Source: a virus (taxonomy: Duplodnaviria > Heunggongvirae > Uroviricota > Caudoviricetes). From it: a stretch of 64,000 bases of DNA. The DNA lies in the IMG/VR virus record IMGVR_UViG_3300032286_000505, positions 1-64,000 of that record; one strand, 5' to 3'. Both the position numbers and the translations under genes were made by a program. Shown here in pieces: positions 1 through 10,186 of the stretch (positions are counted from its first letter, which is position 1; each line of letters opens with the position of its first letter). The notes under the pieces were generated by a model, which was not told where the DNA came from, made no database searches, and saw only the letters and a program-made list of their open reading frames with translations.

Positions 1-142
1 TGACGACAACGTACAATCAACTAATTCTTGCACAACTGTTATTAGATTTTGGTCAACAGGCAATAAGAGTATAAACGATTACTTCAGTAGAAGAATTGCA
101 GCAAATGAATCTACAGATCCATTATTCTATTATTTCCCTCTC

Positions 143-796
143 ATGACTGAGAATGTTATGGTAAGAGATGATTCAGTTTATATTAAGACTGTTGTATCTA
201 ACGCTACTACACCTGTTACTAAGTTTTATCTAACAGACAAAGATCAAAAGATTGATGTAAACTATCAAATGTCGGGCAACGGCCTGTCAAGAAAAGGTAC
301 ACTGTTATTAAATGTTGCGTCTGATGGCTATGTCAGCTACACAGACTATTACAATTATAGTCAAACAGTACAGTCATTAGACGAACCGTTTTACGTAACA
401 GAGCCACTGTCAACATCGAGTTTTACCATACTAAGAACTACGGCCACAAATTACATCGATACAGTGAATGCAGCGGGTAACTGGTATATTGTCGGTGTTA
501 ATGATGAAAACATAGGCGGCCAGATAGTTTCAATAACAACTGCAACTTCAGCGGGCTCACCGTACTTTGCCGGCGCCCAATATTATACTATTGATGTGGC
601 GGCCGCACCATTTGTAGATTTTACAGTCAATCCATCAACTACATCATACGACTTTGCCTATAGTGACTTCGAACAACCAACGGTCAATGTAAATACTGCA
701 TCAATCGGTACTACTACTAATTGGGCTTCACTAGAAGTAATTAGTGGTTCAGAATTTGATATGATGTTAGAATATAGAATCGATCAACAACTATAA
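143..796 (+). CDS. hypothetical protein (217 aa, Thr/Ser/Tyr-rich; possibly virion-associated)
   Basis: Intact ORF in six-frame track; composition resembles structural or fibre proteins; no motif recognised. Confidence 0.35.
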   Translation: MTENVMVRDDSVYIKTVVSNATTPVTKFYLTDKDQKIDVNYQMSGNGLSRKGTLLLNVASDGYVSYTDYYNYSQTVQSLDEPFYVTEPLSTSSFTILRTTATNYIDTVNAAGNWYIVGVNDENIGGQIVSITTATSAGSPYFAGAQYYTIDVAAAPFVDFTVNPSTTSYDFAYSDFEQPTVNVNTASIGTTTNWASLEVISGSEFDMMLEYRIDQQL

Positions 797-798
797 AA

Positions 799-1233
799 AT
801 GTTTAATTTATCCATTGACGACAGACTGTCGTCGTGGTCAAAGTTTAGAGCCGACTTAGACCATTCCACACAGCCGCTTGAGGATGTATGGGAATTTTGG
901 AGGCCTGCTCCATACATCCCTTACAATAAAGAAATTGATCCATATTATCAAGACTCTTGGCCGAGTCCTTGGGAAATCATCGTAGTCAACAAGTATGATG
1001 ATTTTACCAAATCATTAATGATTGGCTGGACATTAAAACTATCAAATCGATATAAAAATAATGTCATAGTGGTTAAAACATACCTAGACAAATCTAAAAA
1101 TTCCATATATAATGTTGTAAGCATTGACGACGCATGGCTCATTAACTATAGTGATAATGGGCCTATTAGAATGGAAAATTTGCCAGAGACGGTTTCTTTA
1201 CATAATCTTATTGAACTAAAGACTCCCAGGTAA
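799..1233 (+). CDS. hypothetical protein (144 aa)
   Basis: ORF begins 3 nt after upstream stop; no motif recognised. Confidence 0.35.
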   Translation: MFNLSIDDRLSSWSKFRADLDHSTQPLEDVWEFWRPAPYIPYNKEIDPYYQDSWPSPWEIIVVNKYDDFTKSLMIGWTLKLSNRYKNNVIVVKTYLDKSKNSIYNVVSIDDAWLINYSDNGPIRMENLPETVSLHNLIELKTPR

Positions 1234-1267
1234 ATATCTTCCTCGGAACAAGAAAAGGTAATAATTT

Positions 1268-3610
1268 ATGATCACAGTCGTGAAGCGTAGTGGAACTCGC
1301 GTTCCTCTAGACATTGGGAAGATACAGAGACAGGTAGCATACGCATGTAATGGTATTGATGGCGTTAGCCCATCAATGATTGAAATCAAAGCGCAATTAG
1401 AATTCCACGACGGGATGACTACAGAAACAATCGATGAACTATTATTGAAAGCAATGGTTAATCTAATTGACGAAGAAGAAAATTCAGAAATAAACAATAT
1501 AAACTATCAATATGTAGCAGGCCGTCAAATGAACAGTATGCTGCGAAAGAGAGCGTACGGACAATTTATACCCCCTTCATTATATGATATTGTAAAAAAG
1601 AATATCATGCTGGGCATGTACACTAGCGAACTATTGAATTGGTATACTAAAGAAGAATGGGATATTATTGATCTATTCATTGATCATGCCAAAGATGAAG
1701 ACTACACCTATGCCGCTATTGCACAGCTAACAGAAAAGTATCTGGTGCAGAATCGTGCCAATGGAAAAGTTTATGAAAGTCCCCAAGTTCGATATGCAAT
1801 AGCTGCCGCTACAGCGTTCCATGCTGAGTCAAAAGAAACACGCCTAAAGTGGGTTAAAGACTATTATGAGTGTGCCAGCTCTGGACACTTTACCCTGGCT
1901 ACACCAGTCTTGGCCGGCCTAGGAACAACCACCAAACAATTCAGTTCGTGTGTATTGATCAGCAGTGATGACACATTAGATAGCATCTTTGCTAGCGGCG
2001 AAATGATGGCCAAATATGCTTCAAAACGAGCCGGAATTGGCTTGGAAATAGGCAGAATTCGCCCCTTAGGCGCACCAATTCGCAACGGTGAGATCAAGCA
2101 TACTGGAATGATTCCTTTCTTAAAAAAGTGGTTTGCAGACCTACGTAGCTGTTCACAAGGCGGCATTCGAAATGCCAGTTGCACAGTTACATTCCCTGTT
2201 TGGCATTATCAATTTGAAGATTTAATTGTGTTAAAAAACAATCAGGGAACTGACGAAGTACGTGTGCGTCAGATGGATTACTCAGTAGTAGTTAATAAAA
2301 TGTTTTGGAATCGTTATCGCAACGGTGAAATGATCAGTCTATTTGATCCAGCAGAAGTTCCAGATCTGTATGAAGCCTATTACAGAGACAGTACAGAATT
2401 TGAAAAATTGTATCTACAATATGAGCAAGACAAGACAAAGAAAAAGAAGGTTGTATCGGCAGATGCGATATTCAAAGCTGGAATCCTTAAAGAGAGAACT
2501 GATACGGGGCGTATATATCTTGTCAATATCGACAACGTTATTAACCAGGGCCCATTTGATACAACTTTGGATCCAATATATCAATCAAACTTATGCCAGG
2601 AGATACTTTTACCCACCCGTCCTTTCCAGAGAATTGAAGATCCAGAGGGACGCATTGCTCTTTGCACTCTTGGCAGCATCAACTGGGGAGCGTTCCGCAA
2701 TCCACAGGAGATGAAAAAAGCATGTCGTGTATTAGTTCGTAGCCTAAGTAATTTGTTAAGCTATCAAGACTTCTTAAGTATTCAAAGTAAACTGGCCAAT
2801 ACAGACTTTGAACCTCTAGGCGTTGGCATTACCAACTTGGCCTACTGGCATGCAAAGCGTAACTTCAAATATGGTGAAGTTGATGCACTAGCCGAAGTTA
2901 AGCGTTGGATGGAACATCAAGCGTTCTATCTAACCGAGACCAGTGTAGAACTAGCTCAAGAGCGCGGCCCATGTAAGCGTAGCGAATACACTCACTATGG
3001 CAAAGGAGTATTTCCTTGGGAGCGTAGAGCAGAAGGTGTCAATGAACTAACCGACTTTACTCCCAGTATGGATTGGGAACCATTGCGTGAGCGCATGAAG
3101 AAGTATGGTATTCGTAATGCTACATTGATGGCTGTGGCACCGGTCGAGTCCAGCTCAGTTGTTCTAAACAGTACCAACGGAATTGAAATGCCGATGGAAT
3201 TGATTAGCGTTAAGGAATCAAAAGCTGGATCGTTTGTACAGGTCGTGCCAGAGTACAAACGTCTAAAGAATCGTTATCAGTTGATGTGGGATCAAAAGGA
3301 TTGTATAGATTACTTAAAGACAGCCGCAGTGCTTGCTGTTTACATTGATCAAAGTTTGAGTACCAATACATTTTATAACCCTGCTAATTATTCAGATAAC
3401 AAAGTTCCCGGCACATTAATTGCTAAGAATTTAATGTTGGCCTACAAGTGGGGCATTAAGACAATCTATTATAGCTTGATCAACAAGGTTGGTGCCAAGG
3501 CAGGTGTAACTGCTACTTCAGTTCCTATCGTAGCTGCCGGATATATCAATGCCGCAGACAATGTAGTGCTTTATGAAGACGAAGATGATTGTTTGGCCTG
3601 CAAGCTCTAA
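1268..3610 (+). CDS. nrdA: ribonucleoside-diphosphate reductase class Ia large subunit
   Basis: 780 aa; N-terminal ATP-cone (VVKRSGTRVPLDIGKI); active-site region YQSNLCQEILLP; C-terminal redox Cys pair CLACKL; RBS-like AAAAGG upstream. Confidence 0.9.
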   Translation: MITVVKRSGTRVPLDIGKIQRQVAYACNGIDGVSPSMIEIKAQLEFHDGMTTETIDELLLKAMVNLIDEEENSEINNINYQYVAGRQMNSMLRKRAYGQFIPPSLYDIVKKNIMLGMYTSELLNWYTKEEWDIIDLFIDHAKDEDYTYAAIAQLTEKYLVQNRANGKVYESPQVRYAIAAATAFHAESKETRLKWVKDYYECASSGHFTLATPVLAGLGTTTKQFSSCVLISSDDTLDSIFASGEMMAKYASKRAGIGLEIGRIRPLGAPIRNGEIKHTGMIPFLKKWFADLRSCSQGGIRNASCTVTFPVWHYQFEDLIVLKNNQGTDEVRVRQMDYSVVVNKMFWNRYRNGEMISLFDPAEVPDLYEAYYRDSTEFEKLYLQYEQDKTKKKKVVSADAIFKAGILKERTDTGRIYLVNIDNVINQGPFDTTLDPIYQSNLCQEILLPTRPFQRIEDPEGRIALCTLGSINWGAFRNPQEMKKACRVLVRSLSNLLSYQDFLSIQSKLANTDFEPLGVGITNLAYWHAKRNFKYGEVDALAEVKRWMEHQAFYLTETSVELAQERGPCKRSEYTHYGKGVFPWERRAEGVNELTDFTPSMDWEPLRERMKKYGIRNATLMAVAPVESSSVVLNSTNGIEMPMELISVKESKAGSFVQVVPEYKRLKNRYQLMWDQKDCIDYLKTAAVLAVYIDQSLSTNTFYNPANYSDNKVPGTLIAKNLMLAYKWGIKTIYYSLINKVGAKAGVTATSVPIVAAGYINAADNVVLYEDEDDCLACKL

Positions 3611-3639
3611 GCACAGACAGATTATAAAGGGAAAATAAA

Positions 3640-4740
3640 ATGAGTAAAGAACAATACAATTTATCAAAGCAGACAAACTATCTAAAACGCACAATGTTTT
3701 TAGATCCAGCAGGTCCGGTAACAGTACAAAGATTTGAAGAAGTCAAATATCCTAAGATTGCCAAATATGAAGAATTGGCTCGTGGATTTTTTTGGGTCCC
3801 TGAGGAGATCAGTCTAACCAAAGACAAGATGGATCATAAAGAAGCCAGTGATGCGGTTAAACATATCTTTACCAGCAACCTACTTCGTCAAACAGCATTG
3901 GACAGTATACAAGGTCGTGCACCCAGTCAAGTATTTCAACCTGTTATCAGTATCCCCGAACTAGAAGCACTGGTCAGCAATTGGAGTTTCTTCGAGACTA
4001 ATATTCATAGCAAAAGCTATTCACATATTATTAGGAATGTTTATGGAGTACCTAAAGAAGAGTTTAACAAGATTCACGACACAACTGAAATTGTTGGTAT
4101 GGCTGCTAACATTGGTCGTTACTATGAGGATCTTCATACTCTCAACTGCCGTAAAGAGTTGGGCGAAGAAATTAACACAATGGATCACAAGCGAGCCATT
4201 TGGTTGGCATTACATGCAAGCTACGCTCTGGAGGCCCTTCGCTTTATGGTGAGCTTTGCTACAAGTCTAGCTATGGTAGAGAATCGTATCTATATTGGTA
4301 ACGGCAACATTATCAGTCTTATTTTACAAGACGAACTATTGCATACTGAATGGACTGCTTGGTTGATCAACAATGTAACCAAAGACGATCCAGACTTTCT
4401 ACAATTAGAAAAAGAATGCGAAGCTGAAGTCTATGCAATGTACATGGAGGTTATCCAAGAAGAAAAAGATTGGGCAACCTTCTTGTTTAAGAAAGGTGTA
4501 GTCATTGGACTCAACGCTGCTATTCTATCTAACTTTGTGGACTACACAGCATTTACACGTTTAAAAGATATCGGTATTAAGTACTTGGGTGAGCATCCTA
4601 AGAACAGTCCCATCCCTTGGTTTAACAAGCACGTCAACATCAACAAGAAACAAACAGCTCTGCAGGAAAATGAGTCTACCAATTACGTTATTGGTGTTAT
4701 GTCTGAGAAAGTTGACAAAGAAGAACTCCCATCTCTGTAA
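3640..4740 (+). CDS. nrdB: ribonucleoside-diphosphate reductase class Ia small subunit
   Basis: 366 aa; FFWVPEEISL motif matches the NrdB di-iron and tyrosyl-radical family; lies immediately downstream of nrdA. Confidence 0.85.
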   Translation: MSKEQYNLSKQTNYLKRTMFLDPAGPVTVQRFEEVKYPKIAKYEELARGFFWVPEEISLTKDKMDHKEASDAVKHIFTSNLLRQTALDSIQGRAPSQVFQPVISIPELEALVSNWSFFETNIHSKSYSHIIRNVYGVPKEEFNKIHDTTEIVGMAANIGRYYEDLHTLNCRKELGEEINTMDHKRAIWLALHASYALEALRFMVSFATSLAMVENRIYIGNGNIISLILQDELLHTEWTAWLINNVTKDDPDFLQLEKECEAEVYAMYMEVIQEEKDWATFLFKKGVVIGLNAAILSNFVDYTAFTRLKDIGIKYLGEHPKNSPIPWFNKHVNINKKQTALQENESTNYVIGVMSEKVDKEELPSL

Positions 4741-4751
4741 GGAATTATCAT

Positions 4752-4919
4752 ATGGCAAAAATACAAGAAGAACTCGTAGTAATACGACTAAGCAAATTAA
4801 TTAAAAGTACCGACGACGACACGGAATCGTTGACAAATAAAGATTTTTCTGTTAATCTAGAAGCAATAGTACAAGAACTAGTCGGGGAGACAGTTGTTGT
4901 AGAAATAGAAAAGGAATAA
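4752..4919 (+). CDS. small acidic hypothetical protein (56 aa)
   Basis: Unlisted short ORF MAKIQEELVVIRLSKL... fills the gap between nrdB and glutaredoxin; found by my own reading. Confidence 0.25.
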   Translation: MAKIQEELVVIRLSKLIKSTDDDTESLTNKDFSVNLEAIVQELVGETVVVEIEKE

Positions 4920-4920
4920 A

Positions 4921-5145
4921 ATGAAAGCTATTGTATGGAGTAAGTATCATTGTCCGTATTGTGACCAAGCAAAGGCGTTGTTAAAACAACGAGGTATTGC
5001 ATTCGAAGAAAAGAAAATTGGAGATGGCTACACCAAAGAAGAACTGTTAGAAGCTGTGCCAGCAGCACGTACTGTTCCTCAGATTTTTTTAGATGATAAA
5101 TTAATCGGCGGATTCACGGAGTTAAAAGCTCACTTAAATGGCTAA
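4921..5145 (+). CDS. glutaredoxin (RNR reductant, NrdH/Grx-like)
   Basis: 74 aa; CPYC active site (SKYHCPYCDQAKALL); adjacent to nrdAB; RBS GAAAAGGAATAAA. Confidence 0.8.
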   Translation: MKAIVWSKYHCPYCDQAKALLKQRGIAFEEKKIGDGYTKEELLEAVPAARTVPQIFLDDKLIGGFTELKAHLNG

Positions 5146-5512
5146 TTATTTTTCTACATCGACTTCGTACACAATAGGTACTCAGGGCGCAACCGGATCT
5201 TATGGTACGATTGGTACCGCAGGACAGTTTTTAACAAGTGGGTCTAACGGAACATCTTGGTCCACTGCTAATAATAGCAACATGGCCTTTTCAACTTATT
5301 CCAATAGTGCCACTATGAGCGTTAACGGCAATCTCGACGTAAACGGAAACATAAAGATTAATGGAAAAGATTTGGCAAAGATAATGGAAAAAATTGAAGA
5401 ACGGCTCGCTATACTTCAAGAACCAGATCCTATTAAGTTAGAAAAGTTTCCTGCTTTAAAGAAGGCATACGATCATTACAAATTAATGGAAAAACTCATC
5501 GGTGAGGAATAA
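5138..5512 (+). CDS. hypothetical protein, Gly/Ser/Thr-rich N-terminus with coiled-coil C-terminus
   Basis: ORF overlaps glutaredoxin stop; low-complexity TIGTQGATGSYGTIGTAG repeats. Confidence 0.4.
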   Translation: MANYFSTSTSYTIGTQGATGSYGTIGTAGQFLTSGSNGTSWSTANNSNMAFSTYSNSATMSVNGNLDVNGNIKINGKDLAKIMEKIEERLAILQEPDPIKLEKFPALKKAYDHYKLMEKLIGEE

Positions 5513-5994
5513 TGGAACATAATTCTGCCAAAGGTAGAAACAGCTACGACAGCACTTCAACAGGTGCAGTCGTGGCTTTTTTTAACCGCAATGTTACTGA
5601 GTATCCTACTGAAGCCGGCGGATTTAAGTTTGATCTTGTACCTGTAGAAAAACAAAAAGACATCATGTTGAATGTTGCCAGGATGCACGCTCAACAGGAA
5701 TATGATCGTATCATGGATCTTGTCAGGGTGCTACACAAACAAGCAGACAGTATTAAACGTAGACTAGAAATTACAGATATGGTACATGCTGCCAAATATG
5801 AATTCCAAGTCTATCACGACCAAATATATTGGTTAGTTCACGATACACGAAAAGACCTTGCTAGATTAGTAAGGCATGGTCCCCAAGAATGGTCTACAGG
5901 ACCTCCTGCAGAATATAACTATATCTGCAGGGTCAAGTGGTTAGGTGACCATACATGGATAGAAATAGACAAAGAAGGAAATTATGTTAATTGA
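5512..5994 (+). CDS. hypothetical protein (160 aa)
   Basis: ATGA stop-start overlap with upstream ORF. Confidence 0.4.
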   Translation: MEHNSAKGRNSYDSTSTGAVVAFFNRNVTEYPTEAGGFKFDLVPVEKQKDIMLNVARMHAQQEYDRIMDLVRVLHKQADSIKRRLEITDMVHAAKYEFQVYHDQIYWLVHDTRKDLARLVRHGPQEWSTGPPAEYNYICRVKWLGDHTWIEIDKEGNYVN

Positions 5995-6271
5995 AAAACC
6001 TATTACTAGCGGCGATGTCGTTAGTTTAAAAATTGCAAACGGCGACGAACTAATTGCTCGCTACGAAAGCGAAACTGCTGACGAGATTAAAATCAACAGA
6101 CCATTAGCATTATCTGCAGGTCCACAAGGACTAGGCATGATGCCGTGGATTTTCTTAGGAGATAAGGAAACTATCAGCATCAAAAAAATGCATGTGTTTG
6201 TCATGGTACCTAGTAAGAAAGACGCTGCCGATCAATACATGCAAGGGACCACCGGTATCGCTCTAAAATAA
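5984..6271 (+). CDS. hypothetical protein (95 aa)
   Basis: Overlapping start with upstream ORF. Confidence 0.4.
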   Translation: MLIEKPITSGDVVSLKIANGDELIARYESETADEIKINRPLALSAGPQGLGMMPWIFLGDKETISIKKMHVFVMVPSKKDAADQYMQGTTGIALK

Positions 6272-6316
6272 ACTCAATATATTGATAGATAAATACTATC
6301 ATAGAGGAGAATAACT

Positions 6317-7078
6317 ATGGGTATCCCAATTACCACCCCAATGGGGGCAACTGGTGGCGCAGGGCTTTTTACTGCTATCGATAATAGCTTAGAACTTGGT
6401 GCAATATCGGTAGAGTTAGCTACTATCGCTGCGGCCCTTACCACAATAATTACAGTCAACGAAGCGAAATATTGGGGGACCACTGCGTTAGTTGTGCCAG
6501 GCAGTCCAGCAGCTAGTTTAGCTAACATCAGTAGTCAACTTGCAAACTTAAATGACACAATGATTGATATTCAAAAAGGTCAATCGGCGCTTACTGGTGC
6601 AATTGGGGAATTATCCAGTGCAATGAAACAGCAGTCACTAGGCGCAAGCAGATTAGAAACTTTACAGGCAATGGCCGTTGCTGATCAAATTGAAACTAAT
6701 AGATTTCAGAAAACTGAAACCATTGCAGCTCTACAACGAAACGGGATTGCCCCTCAGCCAACTCCGCCAATCATCGACACACTAAAAGAAAAAATATCAC
6801 AAGGTGCATTGCTTAACTTATCTACAGAGTTCCAAACAAGTGTGCAAGGTGTAGCAACCAAATTGATCACTCAACTTAAAGATTACATTGTTAACTCTTC
6901 AATAGTAACATGGGGCCAGGCGCAACTTACCAGCTTCTGGGCGTACCTCGGTCTTAACAAACTTACGGCGGCAGTGGCAGATCCTGCCAAAGCAGCGGCA
7001 GAACTTGCTAAGAAAGCAAGTAGCACAGCAGCTAGAACTGGTGTTTGGGTTCCTCCGGTAATTCCGCCGAACCCTTAA
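6317..7078 (+). CDS. hypothetical Ala-rich protein (253 aa), possibly structural
   Basis: RBS AGAGGAGAATAACTATG; Ala/Leu-rich heptad-like stretches. Confidence 0.4.
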   Translation: MGIPITTPMGATGGAGLFTAIDNSLELGAISVELATIAAALTTIITVNEAKYWGTTALVVPGSPAASLANISSQLANLNDTMIDIQKGQSALTGAIGELSSAMKQQSLGASRLETLQAMAVADQIETNRFQKTETIAALQRNGIAPQPTPPIIDTLKEKISQGALLNLSTEFQTSVQGVATKLITQLKDYIVNSSIVTWGQAQLTSFWAYLGLNKLTAAVADPAKAAAELAKKASSTAARTGVWVPPVIPPNP

Positions 7079-7087
7079 AGGATTAAT

Positions 7088-8002
7088 ATGTCTTACGGCA
7101 GTTCTATACAATCTAGGCTAGGGTTTAATTTTGATACTGCTAAATTCGGATCAGCAATAGATCCTTACGGCGATTTAGATCAACGTCTTGCAAAAGAATC
7201 GTCACTTATTAGAGATAATACTGCAACTGTTTATACAGCAATTGCAACTAGTAATGTTTCTACGTCAACATATTTTAAAAACCCTGTAGCATCAGTTGTA
7301 TCTTTGTTAACATCTATCTCAACAAACTTGTATTTTTCAATATGGAATTACTATGTGCCTATCCTCGATGGTGAAGGCGGATTTACTGCTGATTATATAC
7401 TAAGATCATATGCTAGTGAAATGGATACAAGATATACAGCCATAACAAAAGAATTAACAACTAGCGATACTAAAGCCAACGGAACACCCGAAGAATTTAA
7501 CACTTTTATTAGTCACACAGAACGATTAAGTAATCTTAGACAATCAAACAGTGCTGCACGACCTTCCTTTACTTCTGCTCAATCAGTATTAAAAACTGTT
7601 CAAACATTGGTGTATCAAACCGAAACTACTTCATCGTCTACCGTTGGGGCACTGGGTCTAGGAGCCTTTACTAGTTTGTTTATAGTATCAGATCTCGAAG
7701 GCTATTATACAGCGTTACTTAGTAATGTAAATACTATCAATACACTGCTGGCACCAAGTCCTACAGTTGTTACTCCGGCTATCAGTGCTGCCGTTAATTC
7801 AGCAAATACAAATTTTGCAAATTTATTATCTTTATTAGTTACTAGAAGAACAGGAGATGAGAGTTTCTATCAAAATGCAATGTCAATTACCCAAGACTTA
7901 GGTAAAATATCAACTAATAAAAGTGCAACATCAACATCATCTGCTGTATCGAGTTATCTGATTGATAATTTAATCGGCACCAACGCCTTAAAGAATCTAT
8001 AA
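7088..8002 (+). CDS. hypothetical Ser/Thr-rich protein (304 aa), possibly baseplate or fibre associated
   Basis: RBS AAGGATTAATATG; S/T-rich low-complexity sequence; sits immediately upstream of the PAAR-CHAP gene. Confidence 0.4.
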   Translation: MSYGSSIQSRLGFNFDTAKFGSAIDPYGDLDQRLAKESSLIRDNTATVYTAIATSNVSTSTYFKNPVASVVSLLTSISTNLYFSIWNYYVPILDGEGGFTADYILRSYASEMDTRYTAITKELTTSDTKANGTPEEFNTFISHTERLSNLRQSNSAARPSFTSAQSVLKTVQTLVYQTETTSSSTVGALGLGAFTSLFIVSDLEGYYTALLSNVNTINTLLAPSPTVVTPAISAAVNSANTNFANLLSLLVTRRTGDESFYQNAMSITQDLGKISTNKSATSTSSAVSSYLIDNLIGTNALKNL

Positions 8003-8003
8003 C

Positions 8004-8969
8004 ATGACTAATAGAGCAGTAGCTCGTGTTGAGCTTGATGGTACTGCTAGAAGTAAAATTGCCACCGGCGTTAACACTGTCTTTACAAACAACAAAAAAA
8101 CTGCACACGAAGGATCTATTACCCAGCGAGGAAATGCAGTAGTTCAGGGCGCAACCACTGTGTTTGTGGAAAATAAACCCATTGCTCGTGCAGGTGATTT
8201 AGTAGCAAGGGAAGGTGCTATTTTACAAGGGTCAAATAATGTGTTTGCCAGTGATATACTGGCTGCTACTGTAGACGCAAATGCGGTAAGCGTAGTGGCA
8301 TTGAATACACAAGCCTATGTAGGTAATCCTCAGCAGTACAATAACACTGTTGCAGCTCAAAATGGAGTAAAACAGTATTACACTCCTGTGCCAGTAGCTG
8401 TCACTGCTCCTACAGAAAATAGAGACCCTGTAGCATCTTCAAATGATCTTATACCTTGGCTTGAAGCTAGGCTAGAAGAAGCAGATAGGGGATTATGGAG
8501 AGAATCTGGTCAACGTGGCAGGCCTAGTAATCCAAGAATTCTTAATGTTTGGACTGAATTGGGATTTTCGCAATCTAGTCCCTGGAACACTGATCAGACA
8601 GCTTGGTGTGCAGGATTTGTTAATTATGCATTAAAAAATTGCGGATACCGTTGGGCGCCCGAAGCTCTTACCGTTGCTTTTCAAAATAATCCCAAACGAT
8701 GGAAAGCTCAGGTTGTATCTATAAAAGATGCACAGCCGGGCGATATAGTACGCTGGAATTTTAGTCATGTGTCATTTATATATCAGATAGCAGGCGGTAA
8801 GTATTCTTTCGTAGGTGGCAATCAAACTCCTAAAGCAGTAGCAGGTAAAAATAATAATCCAGACGATGGAGACCTAACAGTAGCTTGGGGCGGTCCAACT
8901 GGTAAAACACCTATTTGGACTCCTAGCCAAGGCGGCATTACGATAGTTCTACGTCCAAGTAAAACTTAA
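8004..8969 (+). CDS. PAAR-like repeat domain fused to CHAP-type peptidoglycan hydrolase (putative tail-tip or needle lysin)
   Basis: N-terminus carries repeated G-N/S-x-V-F-x-x-x-K-P-I-A-R-A-G-D units typical of PAAR spikes; C-terminus carries a Cys...His pair (AWCAGFVNYAL ... SHVSFIYQIAGG) typical of CHAP amidase or peptidase. Confidence 0.6.
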   Translation: MTNRAVARVELDGTARSKIATGVNTVFTNNKKTAHEGSITQRGNAVVQGATTVFVENKPIARAGDLVAREGAILQGSNNVFASDILAATVDANAVSVVALNTQAYVGNPQQYNNTVAAQNGVKQYYTPVPVAVTAPTENRDPVASSNDLIPWLEARLEEADRGLWRESGQRGRPSNPRILNVWTELGFSQSSPWNTDQTAWCAGFVNYALKNCGYRWAPEALTVAFQNNPKRWKAQVVSIKDAQPGDIVRWNFSHVSFIYQIAGGKYSFVGGNQTPKAVAGKNNNPDDGDLTVAWGGPTGKTPIWTPSQGGITIVLRPSKT

Positions 8970-9095
8970 TCATAAATAATTTAGACATAAATCTTATGTT
9001 GCTTTCGCAGGGGCAAGCTGCATAGCAGTAAGCAGTAGATCGGTACTACGGGCTCGGCAAAGGCCAAACACACTCTGGGAAGTTTGTCAAAGATA

Positions 9096-9124
9096 TTGAC
9101 ATTTTTGCAAAAAGATGTTTAAAT
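9096..9124 (+). promoter_or_regulatory. sigma70-like promoter (TTGACA-17-TTAAAT)
   Basis: Consensus -35 with 17-bp spacer and 4/6 -10; immediately precedes direct-repeat copy 1. Confidence 0.4.
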
Positions 9125-9175
9125 ATAAGTTAAGACTGTATGAAGTAGACAGAAAAGGATTCAAGACGCGGGGCA
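9125..9175 (+). repeat. approx. 50-bp direct repeat copy 1 (TAAGTTAAGACTGTATGAAGTAGACAGAAAAGGATTCAAGACGCGGG)
   Basis: About 92% identical to 11546..11596; both copies sit just downstream of a sigma70-like promoter. Confidence 0.7.
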
Positions 9176-9229
9176 AAACCGTGTTTCTACCATTTGGATA
9201 ATAGGCCTATTATTTTGGACAAACTGACC

Positions 9230-9258
9230 TTGACAAACTGGTAAAACTTTGCTATAAT
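9230..9258 (+). promoter_or_regulatory. sigma70 promoter TTGACA-17-TATAAT
   Basis: Perfect consensus hexamers with 17-bp spacer, 28 nt upstream of the ORF at 9286. Confidence 0.6.
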
Positions 9259-9285
9259 ATATATACAAACACACAGAGGTGATAA

Positions 9286-10182
9286 ATGCTAAAGTTCAAA
9301 TCCAAAGAGCAAAACTTACTTGTTGAAGCAGGTAAATTGGCCGACGAAAATTCTCGTGATTTTATTCGCGGGGCACTTGGATTAAAGAATAAAAAGGTAG
9401 AAGCAACACGCCATACTATCTTGTCAGGACCACCAGGAGTTGGTAAGACATACGGCACACAAGACGAGTGTAATAAGGCCAAAGTTAAATCTATTCTTAT
9501 TCCTCCAGGAATGACCGACATTGCTCTAACTATTAAACTGGCCTGCGGTGTGTATTCTCTCAAGCAAGGCGAAGAACTTGTTGTTATACTCGACGATGCC
9601 GACGATGTTGTGTTTAACAGTTATGAAACTCTAAACAAGTGGAAAATTGCAATGGCCGATGTTGATTACGACCAGGGCATTATTCCTACTTTTAATCACC
9701 CTGTTAGTATGACTAACACTCTTACTTCTTTACAAAAGCAAGCGGATACTGATCCCAAGCGTCAGGGCATTGTTGATGCTCTTAAAGAGTATATGCCAAG
9801 CGACGGAGTAGGCGTAAGTATTCCTATGGACCGTGTCCGTTTTATTGTTCTGTGTAATTTAGACTTAGAAGATCCAAAAGCATTCCGTGGCAAACTAAAA
9901 TCTGCTATTGGTCCTGTGTTAGACAGGGTTAAGTATAAACGAATGAATGTTGATTGGGAGAAGCAATGGGGCTGGACCGCGTTTGTTCTTGGTGATACAC
10001 AACCATTTGAAGGTCACGATCTTGATGAAGATCAAAAAACAGAACTGATGGGATGGATGTATTCAAACTGGGACAAACTCCGTAGCACATCTTACAGGAC
10101 TGTCCGCCGCCTTGCTGAGGCAATGATCAACGATCCAGAAAATTACATCGACCAGTGGCAACAGGAAATGAAAGGCCATTAA
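9286..10182 (+). CDS. AAA+ family ATPase
   Basis: Walker A ILSGPPGVGKTY; Walker B-like VVILDDADD. Confidence 0.6.
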   Translation: MLKFKSKEQNLLVEAGKLADENSRDFIRGALGLKNKKVEATRHTILSGPPGVGKTYGTQDECNKAKVKSILIPPGMTDIALTIKLACGVYSLKQGEELVVILDDADDVVFNSYETLNKWKIAMADVDYDQGIIPTFNHPVSMTNTLTSLQKQADTDPKRQGIVDALKEYMPSDGVGVSIPMDRVRFIVLCNLDLEDPKAFRGKLKSAIGPVLDRVKYKRMNVDWEKQWGWTAFVLGDTQPFEGHDLDEDQKTELMGWMYSNWDKLRSTSYRTVRRLAEAMINDPENYIDQWQQEMKGH

Positions 10183-10186
10183 AATA

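Noticed and set aside
1864-2184. Antisense ORFs embedded in well-supported genes (e.g. 1864..2184-, 2995..3258-, 17405..18148-, 22554..23339-, 24902..25369-, 29874..30263-, 33548..33967-, 42449..43066-)
   Set aside because: Each lies wholly inside a strongly motif-supported gene on the opposite strand (nrdA, NAMPT, ClpX, metallophosphatase, curlin gene) and has no RBS, promoter or recognisable motif of its own. These are treated as frame artefacts of AT-rich DNA.
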